A stretch of DNA of 64,000 nt from Mizuhopecten yessoensis (lineage: Eukaryota). Each line of letters starts with the position of its first letter. Within the stretch, counting starts at the first letter, position 1. This document shows, one piece after another, positions 29,512 through 40,957 of this stretch. A model generated the notes under the pieces. That model did not search any database and had not been told where the DNA came from. It saw only the letters and a list, made by a program, of their open reading frames with translations. The position numbers and the translations under genes are program-made. Location of the stretch: the NCBI RefSeq assembly GCF_002113885.1, contig NW_018408013.1:859690-923689 (forward strand), given 5' to 3'.

Positions 29512-29814
29512 ACATGTACAACAACGTTAAAACATGAATATGAAAAACTCGTTTGAACATGAGTAAAACATTTATCAAAACTTGTACACACCGTTAGAAA
29601 ATTCTTCACAATATCTCCGTAACTAATAAATATCACTGGCTCAACTTGTCAGTGCCGAATATACCACAGGGGCACATAAAAGGGTCAGACTGAACGAACG
29701 ATGGCTGAATATATCAAAGCGACTACACTTGTTGACATAATATACCAGTTCAAATACATATGAACAAACCCTATAACAGTTTTAATACATGTAACAGAGG
29801 TAATATTTTTGTTC

Positions 29815-29945
29815 AATGCCTCCGCTAGGAGTCGAACCCTGCACCTCTGGTTTACTAGTCTTACGCTCTACCGAATGAGCGAAAGAGAAATTTTCCCTAA
29901 CCGAGTCGGAAGGCAGCGGCTTGTATTTCACATGGGTGACATACT
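29815..29945 (-). mobile_element. tRNA(Thr)-like repeat head (SINE-like); degenerate copies at ~30085-30190 and ~31790-31895
   Basis: Reverse strand reads tcgctcattcggtagagcg...ctagtaa...ggttcgactcc (A box, AGT anticodon-like loop, B box). Confidence 0.55.
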
Positions 29946-30232
29946 CCCCCTCAAGGAAAGAACTCGTCCCGCGTGTTCTACGGGTCATAGCGATTCTTGT
30001 GAAAGTATCGATGATCATATGTCATTTGTCAATATTTCACGGGTCCGTTCGTGGGCGCCAATGTGACAGAAGTCATTTTTTTAATGGCTTCACTAAGAGT
30101 CGAACCCGGGACCTCTACCGAATGAACTGAAGAGAAAATCTCCTTAGTGTAGTCGGTAGAAAGCGGCTAGTATTCCACCAGGGTGACATATACAAGAACT
30201 AACTATACTGTAGTATAAACAGAACAACATGN

Positions 30233-31722
30233 AATGGGGAAACCCCTTTTATGAATTTTGGAGGGATACTATCAGGGCCTGAAGGTTTATTAGTATTGAG
30301 TAGATCGAGCTGATCAAGAATGTCCTGTTCGGTTATGTCTATTGTTGAGAAGCTATGTCGGGGTCGGGGGCAATCAGGAGGTAAATCGTCAGCATTCTTT
30401 TCAGTTACGGAAATCGAAGTGAAATAATCGTTAAAAGATTCCGCCTTATCTATGGGGTGGATTTTCAGTTCGCCGTTGATAATCAATGGAGAGTCATTTT
30501 CGTTTTTGTTTTTGAGATTCATAACCGATTTTGCAATACGCCACCATTTTCCGGGGGGTATGGTTTTATCAATTAAAGAAGATTGAAGTTTAGATAAATA
30601 TTTTTCTTTAGCTTCCCGGACTAAGGATATAACTTCATTCCGAATAGATCTAAATTTTGCCCAGGAAGATGGAGTATTATGTAGCTTAGCTTTGGAATGC
30701 TGGCGATTTCTTTGTCTAATTTTGAGTCTGATACCATTAGTCATCCAAATTTTATCATTAGGTCTTATTGTTACTGTTTTATGGGGCACGAATAGGTCGA
30801 TAGCAGTTAGGATTTTATCAGTTAAGAGAGAGTTCATATTTTCAATATCACCTTGTAATAAAAGATTCCAGTCAATGGACTTAAGATACTCATTTGCCCC
30901 GTCAAAGTCAGTGTTATTGAAGTATAATAAAGTCTTTTTATATGCATGTTTCTTTAAAGTTTTAAATTTCAGATCAGCGCTTACTGGACAGTGATCACTA
31001 CAAGAGGGAGGATGTACTATTGTATTTTTAATAAAGTTAACATTGTTTGTTAGTATAGTGTCAAGTGATGTTGAGGTCTGGGAAGTAATCCTGGTAGGTT
31101 CAGTAACAGTGTTTTCTAACCCATATTTCAACAAAATTCTATGTAGATGTGAGTTTGGATTTAGATGTAACATGTCTTGATTTATATCACCTACCAGGAC
31201 TACTTCCCTTTGCAGATCAATAATATTATTTAGGTTAATATCTAGCCTGTCCCAGTAGCCAACGAGAGAGTTAGGGGGTCTATATATACAGCCAAGAAAA
31301 ATAGGTTTATTATGGGTAGTTACTTCAGTCCATATTAATTCAAGATCATCTGTATCAAGGTCAGGTCCACGTTTAATATTAATATTATGTTTAGTATAAA
31401 TCAGAACTCCGCCACCATAATTATCTCTATCCTTTCTAAAAATATTACCAAAGTTTTTCAAAGATACAGCACTATCAGGAATTGAATTATCAAGATGAGT
31501 TTCAGAGACGCACAGTATATCGTATTCGGAAAATTCAGCATCAAGAATATGAGTTTTGTTCCTTAACGAACAAATATTGATATGACAAATAGAAATAAAA
31601 TCTAGGTGGATGTGGGAGTTGGGTGGACCGGGGTTCGGGTGAATATCACCGCATATGGATAGTATTAATAATAAAATAAAAATGTAGTGCAAATTCAGAG
31701 AGAATAGATTCAGAGAGACACT
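30233..31722 (-). mobile_element. Young CR1/L2-group non-LTR retrotransposon fragment (APE endonuclease up to the pre-RT region)
   Basis: Uninterrupted ~496-codon frame with HINICSL, CVSETHL, RKDR..GGGV, IYRPP, GDIN, EPTRIT, LD, SDH and KPSGPDSIP. It is cut at the assembly n at 30232. Confidence 0.92.
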
Positions 31723-32369
31723 ATATGTCATTTGTCAATATTTCACGGGTCCCTTCGTGGGCGCCAATGTGACAGAAGTCATTTTTTTAATGCCTTCACT
31801 AGGAGTCGAACCCGGGACCTCTACCGAATGAACTGAAGAGAAAATCTCCTTAGTGTAGTCGGTAGAAAGCGGCTAGTATTCCACCAGGGTGACATATACA
31901 AGAACTAACTATACTGTAGAATAAACAGAACAACATGACCATAATGACAACCATGTACCATTACACAATCATAACACGCAAAGCTAGACAATGATGAGAT
32001 AAACCAAGGCATAAATTAATAAAGACAGGGAGTTGAAAGTCTGCATTTTTAAGGGAAACAAACAGATTAACAAAAGCAACATTCTTGGAAGGTAAGCGTT
32101 TTATATACTGCTGAGAATATACTTTCAATATTATTCAACGCATTCCTTTCGAGCTCCTATCGCTGTTTGTTTTATGTTTCCATCTCATGTATCGGTGTGC
32201 TATAAAAGCACTATTATTCTTTTATTTTGCATGCTATTATATTTTCATATAGCAAGAACATAAAAGGAAACAAATCATTTATTTTGTTCCGAAGTCTGTA
32301 CTTTTGGATATTGTGTACAGCATTCATAGCGGTCCTCGGCAAGCTTGGGCAAATCAAAACCAAAAAACA

Positions 32370-32780
32370 GACTTTTTCATCCGCGGAAGATCTTTAAATG
32401 CTGTGTTGATTATTTCATGGTATTATTAATGCTATAAAATGATGGAATACTTATGAAAACGATCAATAAATCAAAGAAAAAATGTAAAAAATTAACGAAA
32501 AGGCGAGTTTTTTCAGTGAGCATCATGAACTATATCAATCTCAGATTACTACGCTTTTTGGACCGAATAATTTCTTCACAAAAAAAACAACAGTACTTAA
32601 TCTCCTTCCGCGAAAGATCTTTAGATAATGTGTTCATTATTTCATGATATGGTCAATGCTATAATATGGTACAGTATATCTGTATAAGCCAAAAGAAAAT
32701 ATGCAAAGATCTTTAACAGTGGCGTTTTTAATCAGTGAAATTTCCAAACTATATTTGGTTCAAATTACTACGCCTCGTAT
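32370..32780. repeat. Degenerate ~225-bp tandem duplication
   Basis: tccgcg.aagatcttta...ttatttcatg...aatgctataa and tcagtga...aactatat...attactacgc each occur twice, about 225 bp apart. Confidence 0.65.
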
Positions 32781-35768
32781 TCAAATAATCTAAAGTGTGT
32801 GTGTGTAATAGTGTTTCCCCCTTGTCCATAATTGCGTAGTTTCATTCTCGCGACTTGTTGAACGACTGTTTGATAACTGTCCTTGATAAAGTAGGCTTCG
32901 TTTTTTCTTTGTCTCAATAGAATGTGAAAGAAAATGTTGACTTATACCAAAAAAGCCGTCAGCAACTGTGCCTTACGAGTTTATAGATAGCTTCCCAATG
33001 CGACAGCAGCTGTGCCTAACGAGTTTGTAGACAGCTTCCCAATACAGTCTCTAGATAATGGCCCGATTAGTATAATGCAAGTGCTTCGTGAATAATGAAT
33101 ATTAAACATCAAAATTTAAAACCGTATATACATATTATTCATATTAACCAGAAACTGAATAATTATATACATGTAGGTCTTTAACCTTCGTTAAAATATC
33201 GAGAAAAGGAGAGATACACAAGGGACTTGCATAAAACCGTGATTACACGCACTGGAAATAAATCTCGTTGGTGTTTTTTTTGTATAATTAATCATGATAA
33301 TAACAAATTGTAATAATCATATCATAATTATCTTATTTTTTTATTTAATCGTAAATTAACTTTCCCATAATCTTACGCGACAATTTTGCAGGGTTGTCTG
33401 GTCAAGGTCACTGTTACTATTTTTAAAAAGATCATTGCCTGCGCTGTAGCCCTTTCATTCCTTGAAGGATTTCCATCGATTTAAAACACTAATTAAGGAC
33501 CATAATATCAGACAAGTTTCAATTATTTTAGCAATCCTCTGCTTGTTATATATATTTTTATTGAAAATTATGATTAAGAGATGGACTAGTATGATCCTTA
33601 CTCAACAACATGTTCTTTATTATTTACTGCCATTCTGTACTGATATACCACCTCCTTTATTCCATTATTTGAATGCTTTATACACAAAATCCCTGAGTGC
33701 CCTCGGCACTTTGATTAACTTAACGGCGCAAAACAAATATAATATCATATTAAACATATATTTTTTCCAGTGAACGGTTTCGGACAGTGGTCAATGTCAG
33801 TGGGGTGCAGGCATCGGCAATCACCTGTGTCGCTCCGTGCTCGCTGGGGAACCACACAAACACATAAATATCAGCGAAGGGGAAGAGGAACAGCTTGTAT
33901 GAAATGATAAAAGAATATGATGTCTGTATAATAAATACAAAACCAATTAAAACAATGGCTACTATATATCTAAAAATGTTAGCGATGACATTTGTTAATT
34001 ATCTTATATGAGATAATACTATACTAATACTATTTAGTATCCATATGTGGTAAAGTGCCTTAGAGTAATTTTACATAATATATACGGCGCAATATAAACG
34101 TTGTATATTATTATTATTATATGCACATTAATTTTAAATAGTTGATGGTGACTTAAGCAACAGATGTTCTTTTATTGCTATAAATAAAGTTCACTTTGAC
34201 ATGCCAAGGTAATTATACTTTTAACATGTATGTGTAATGTTAATATATACTAGCCGCCACAGAATGCATAATGCCTTCTGTAGCTTATAACCGTTCGTAT
34301 GATTTTTGTCGAAAACGACTGAAAGCTGTAATTAATCCTTTGATTTGAAACCTCGGTTGCTGTCTACCATTTTAACTGAAAGAAAAATTATCAATTTAAA
34401 TAACATCACTCGCCTTCGGCAGTTAAATGAACATTTGCACAACATGTGGTTAAAAATTTATCTTAAACACTTGACAAAAATGCATAGGATAAGCACAGGA
34501 CAGAATGGAAAATTTGGAACACAACATCATCAACTATAACAGCATCTGTTCCTGACACCATAATAACTTTTATTAGATCAGGAATGGTAGAAGTTGAGAA
34601 ATTCGTAAACTGGCAAATGTGAATTTACAGCACGTCTAAGTCCTTTGGATATAAGTGAGCCAGCAAAAACAAAACATCTTGCTAATGTGGTGATATTTTA
34701 CACTAAGTTCGTTAATATTTGTTAATATCACTAGAGAAGAACTATTAAATTTTGTCTCTTTTTCATAATTAAATCTAGTCCCTTGGGGGACCACAACCTT
34801 CATTTATACCAGATTGAATTGCCTTGGCCAATGGATTTTCTAACCAATTGAGGTCGAAATCGCTTCATCTGAATTTAAGAAGTTATCTATCAAATTATAG
34901 CTCTGTTTTCCCTTACCAGATCAGGTGCGATATTTGGTATCGGAACGCATCATCTCGTATATTAGTAGACTTAATAAGTATTTAGAGTTTTGGTTATACT
35001 AATATAAAAATGGAATAATGAAAATTATCACACGTGAAGGATTATATAATAATTGTAAAACACTCAAGGTTTTATGATTTTGAGGACAATGTGTTGATCG
35101 ATGAATACTTTTAAGATTTATATGTAGGACATAGTGGTATGGAATTACAGTACTGAATGAATGTAGGTATACACTGAATAACAGTGCTGTAATGTATCTA
35201 CAGTTTCAACACCAATACACATCAAACATTAAATGGCAATATGATGCAGTCATTTGTTAAATCATACAAGGTCAACTACGATGATATAAAATTAATAAAG
35301 TGAATTCTTCTAAAATTCTTTAAATATTTATAGATAATTATCCTAATGCATATACAATATTACCTCAAATAAAGTTGAAACCGTTGAGTATATACACTTT
35401 AACCCCTTCATAGAAACAGCAATAGAAAAATTGAATACTGTTTCAGATATGAATATTCATGTTTATTTAAACAGCGAAACAGCAGCAAACATACCAAATA
35501 CAGTGATTACAGATTCCAATTAAATATTGTTCCCTTTTTTACACAGAAATATTAATATGTTAATTACATCAAAAAATCATAGTTTGATGCAAATAACTAA
35601 AAATACAAATAAATAGAAGATACAATGTTGCTATAGCTTTCAGATGATACTGCTTATTTTCATATGAACTGAGCATTTATTCGAGCTGTATTGTATACTT
35701 ATGTCAATAATTCAATATGAGTGCATGCAACATTTGAACTGCACTGTAACGACAATGACCATCAGGTA

Positions 35769-38700
35769 TCACACCAGACCCTCTGTTTCTCCGAGGCTAA
35801 TAGACCTGCTTCTGTCCTTGGCGTCAGTCTCCTGCTTGCTGTCTGTCTCGCTGTTTAGAACTTTAGAAGACAAATGATTGACTATTCCGGCCCCGAGTGA
35901 ATCGCCGTTAACATTGACGACAGCTCGGAACCTTTCACTGTAGTAACAAACCATAATGATAATAATTTGTTAAACCATATTCACGAAAACGTCACCTGTT
36001 TCGGGTTTGTATTGACAATTATTCTATTTAATCTCATACTTATTCATATATCGCCCTTTGATGCCATATAGTTTAAGTTGGTGTAAGCAGAAGCAAATGA
36101 AGTATCTAAAAACCATGTGTATAAAAAATAATTATGAATCCCAACCAATATCAGAGGCGATTATGACATGTTATCCTTTGTTTACACATATCGCCNACTT
36201 AAATTAAATAGAAAAAAAATCATATGACAATTATATCAATACACAACAGAATCAAGGAGCCTAAACGAAAAGCTTAAACCGTTAATACTAAAATAATGAA
36301 CATTTTGCTCATCCAGCCAGTTATGTATAATATATATACGATTGCTTACATAATCCAGTCTACGGGGGCAACAAGAAGTATTTGATCTCCAGGTAGACCT
36401 ACTGCCATGCTTGCGATCGTCATTGTAATTATTCCAATTCCAGGTGCGCTGGCCGCTCCTATCGAAACGGCAACAGCAGTAACACTGGAACGATAGCAAT
36501 GTACATTTTACGACTTTTACCAAATTATATTGATAAAACCTGACTTCTAAGCACACATGTCATAAACACTGTTGATCTTACAGTACATTGCATCTATTCA
36601 TTGCAAACTTTAAAGGGTCATGACCATTCAGGGTAAGTTGATTAAAAACACAAATATGCAAGTATAACAAGCCGGTCAAGCAGGTTGATTTCATCACGGA
36701 GCGAGTGTTTTATGTGTCCGAATATTACAAATAAATGGGTTTGATTGATTTACATTAAATTGAATTGGTTTAATGATTCAGCATGTTAATCGAATGTACA
36801 TGTTTTACAGCGATGGCTTGCTTACCCAATTATGAAGTAGTTTCCGAAATCTAACGTCAAGCCGAGCCGCTGGGAAAAGAATATTGTTAACATAGGAATA
36901 TATAGGGCACATCCGTCCATATTGATAATGGCACCTATTGGAGTGATGAAGTTGACAACTCGACTATCAACGGTATTCTTGTTGACCAGACAGTCCATTG
37001 TTACGGGGAGTGTCACAGCGCTATAATCATAACATAGTTATAATTTCTTTAAGGTAGTAACATGATTTATAAAATACACACTCTACTAATTGATTATTAA
37101 CTAACGATTGCTTCTCTTGATTTTGAAATTCATAAATTCGGGGCTTTTAACCACCTCTTCTTCTGTTTAACAGTAGTTTATACCAAATTGGATTTCCAGT
37201 TTATTGGCCCATAGGATCAGCGATGAGTACTGTACGAAAGAGCTATTTGATGCATGTAATTCATTTTTGGCATACTGTATATATTACAAAATTTAAAAAA
37301 TGAAGGAGCATGTGTGTGTGACGTTCATCGCACAAACGAAAAAGTATTGAGTGGAATAGATTAGTTATCTCTATAATACGTGTTGATTATTTTTTTCTAT
37401 ACTGAAGAACATGTTTCAAATGTAATCATATCATCGGCTTTGTATCACAAACAATGGCCGTTGGCTGATTTCTGATAACCGTGTTTACATAGATAATGCT
37501 GAAATCCTTGCGCGAAGTTGTGTTCCTGCCTTACCTGGAGGACGTACCAAACGCTGTCAGCAAAGCTTTAGACATGTTACGGACGAATGTATATGGATTC
37601 CTTCTTGTCACCAGTAAGTATAACAATGGTAAGGTTCCAAATCCATGCAGCAACAAGGACAGTACTACAGTAGGGAAAAAGACTGCCAATTCCTGGAGGA
37701 CGACCAGGGGCCTCTCTGTCTGTACTACCGTGGAGGCTATAAGGAAAATCAGTCCCACGGGAATAAACCTGCAACACATACACATGTTTATGCAATGAGT
37801 TGATGATGTATAACAACTGACTTTAGAAATGAAGTGCTCCTACAACCTGTGATAGATCAATCCCTATCAAAAATGATATCATTAGATCTGCGTTGGGAAC
37901 ACCTCCTTGCTTTGAAATGCTAAATGGCTATTGACATGTACTGATATCAAATATATGTCAATTCGTATTTATGAAAGTGAATGTTATACAAGAAGTATCA
38001 GTTTACTGTTATCTTCTAAGATACGCATCATGTGTGCATGGTGGAATTGCATTCGTATATATTGCCATGTAAAGGGATGCATAATTTCATTTCAAAACAA
38101 TTGTCTCCAATAAGATTTTCTGTATTTACTTACCAAATAAATATAGCAATCATTCGCATCACCACCTGGTACATACACCGGAAGAGGTCAGTCATTGGTT
38201 TGGCCTTTTCCTCCATAATAGACAGGATACAGCCGATAAGAATGGAGAAGACAATCAGGCCAAGCATGTTTGTCCCAGGGACAGATATCAGTCCGGGGAC
38301 TTCGATTGTCAAAGACCTACCTACTAGGAGGGGGGGGGGGGGAATAAAGAAATCCGAAATGTCAACAAAAATCGAAACTAATCCGAACTCAAAGTCGCTA
38401 TAACTACGGTAAAATATGAACAGGGGAAATACTTGCATTGAGAATAACATTAAGTCCATTTCTACTTGTAGCATTCAGCTTAAAGGCATTTCATCCTATT
38501 TAAGGAAACGATATGTATGAAATATTAGTTTTGCAGTGTTGGTAAATACTCTACCGACTTTGACGACAGCAGTGTTCCATGCAAGCTATTTTCCCAGACA
38601 TATTTCATGACTTGATTGGACACAATTAGGTACAACAATACAAAATCTTATCCAAAATATCATCTTGCTACCAAATGCCTTGCTACACTTCTTAGAAACA

Positions 38701-40957
38701 TTTAATTATAGTTATAGCCTCATTACCTCACACTCCAGAAATAATATAAACGGTATGTATTTTTTTAAGAACTTAAATCAGAAAATTACTGGGGGTTTTT
38801 CACTATTAAAACTAACATGCTTTTACACTAATGAGACAACAAGAGACACCGAAATGTCAACAAAAAAGTCATTCGAACTCAAACCCACCAAAATGTGAAC
38901 AAACAAGTACAAAGAGAACAAGACCAGGTGTTCCGGAAGGTGTGCCGCTCTTTGCTTTAGCCTTCGCTTAGTGCTCTTCATCTTTTATCTTGATCTTTAT
39001 TGAAAATTTGATCAACAGGAGCTACCAGGCTGTATGATAAGAGTGGTAATTTCTATTCTCCGGCCTTGAACTTTGTTTTCTTTATAGCTGCGGCATCATT
39101 GCCTCTGTTTACATGCCCAATTGTTGTGGTATTCAATAGGTTATTTCGTTTATAAGGATTTTTGTGTCGACTCATGACTGATAAATAACAAATCACGATT
39201 ATGAGAGGTGCATGTTGATGAGGAGTATGGACAAGTGTGATTGTCGCCTTCGTGGTTTCCTTGGATATATTCTATGCCCTGAAGTGATATGAAGGGCGAT
39301 GTGTTTGAGTTTGCTCACCGTTGTGTCCGTGTCTGTCGTTATCACTACCCCAATTCGCGATTTGTAGTCGGGATATTACTGGGAATGTGACTTTGGTTAA
39401 CATGGCAGATGTTGTCAGAAGACGACAAGCTATTCGAAACACCTTGTCTCATATATCATATATATATATCGCACTTTATTTTGTTGACTTACATGTAATG
39501 TAAGATTATTGGATATAATTCTAGTAATGTGTATGATTTATATCAACACATACCTGAGGTATTTACAAAAATATGATATCCGCCTTCTGAGTTATTAAAA
39601 CCTGGAAAAGATTCGACGCCAATTTCCCGGATTTCTTCTTTCACCACCGTTTGCTTCTACGATAAATTTTGCAATGGTAAAGATGACATCAAATTTCAAA
39701 CCGTAACACATAAATATGTTCAGTACGCACAAGTAACTATTGACTACCAATTTTCACAATTATCAATACAAAACGTGAGTTGCCATAACATCGGTTAACT
39801 GGTCATAAACAAAAACGGAATATGAAAAATTAAAATCAAATGGCATCAAATAAACTAAACAGCTGCGCAGAATCACTTTAGCGTTGAAATTTCAACTTTC
39901 ACAAAATAGAATGAAAGCGAGTGCGAAAGAAATGGGGTGATTAGTCCAAAAGAAAATGAAATCAACTGTACCTTATACAAAACAAAAATGCAATGTATTA
40001 ACTTAATGATGGCAAAAGAATATTATATATAAGATGCAGAAAGATAATAAAAACATCAAAAAAATAAAATGGTGATCCCCACAGACAAATTGACGTCAAC
40101 ATCAGATGGAAACTGAATTTCGGAAGCGCCAACTATTATCCTCTACTACGTGTTTCAATGACAATTCATTCCAAATGAAGTGGACCACTACAATATTTAT
40201 AAATATATAAAACAATGAAATTACACGAAAAGATATACCTTTGAAAGTATTGCCTCCACAATGTTGTCCGGAAAAGTATTTCTAAATGGGGAAAAGAAAA
40301 AGAAAAAAACCGTCACAAGCAAGTCATTTGTTGCTTAAGGTCCTCGCAACAGCCAAGATCATATGAGGATGGGTGCTTCGAGCAACAACACCGGAAAGCA
40401 AATCGAATGAAGCAGTAGCTACTATTAATAGTTAAATTAACTTACATTTATCATTTTCACTTCTATAATACATGCTTAAAACATCCACAAATAATTAAAT
40501 AATAAGCATAAATAATTATATCAAACCTTATTATGTCCAAAAATGAGTCCAAATGGTTTATTGCATTAACTGATTTGTCGAATACGTCTACCGTATTGCG
40601 TCCAGGATGAACTATCACGGCCACAACGATACCAGTGACGACAGCACAAAGAGTGGTTGTCAAGTAGTAGACCAACGCCCTCAGTCCGATACTACCGGAA
40701 GTCTTCATCGATAACGAGGCCAGGGAAGAGACAATACCCGAGACAATGAGTGGCACAGACACCATCCGTAGTGTACTGAACATAATTTCTCCAGGGAACC
40801 TCAAATAGGCGATTTTTCTTTTCTCTAATGGCGACCACGATGTTCTTATTACACAACCAAGCCCAATCCCAACGAACATTGACAATATCATGCATTTTAT
40901 CAGCAGATTGTGTCTTATGAAGTTACACGTCAGCTTGGCACATCGTCCTCGCGACAT
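35769..40957 (-). CDS. SLC1A/EAAT-family amino-acid transporter, paralogue C (intact, 499 aa)
   Basis: Exons 40957-40527, 40281-40239, 39656-39554, 38323-38134, 37768-37535, 37020-36826, 36484-36350, 35937-35769 total 1500 nt. All introns are GT-AG, phases are consistent, and there are no internal stops. Motifs: HPG, FPDN, AFGTSSSAVTLP, NMDGCALY, SIGAA, DWIIERFRAVVNVNGD. Confidence 0.93.

Larger units (their letters stand above)
26560..33902 (+). pseudogene. SLC1A paralogue D relic (HP2 exon and terminal TM8 exon only)
   Basis: Exon 26560-26691 reads LTAVGTSIGAA*IPSGMVVMSLAVMAAGLPLEQLLVLAPIEWV with an in-frame TGA at 26594-26596. Exon 33771-33902 reads ERFRTVVNVS-[~10 nt deleted]-GAGIGNHL...EEEQLV*. 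Exon borders are canonical and phases match exons 7-8 of B and C. Confidence 0.85.
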
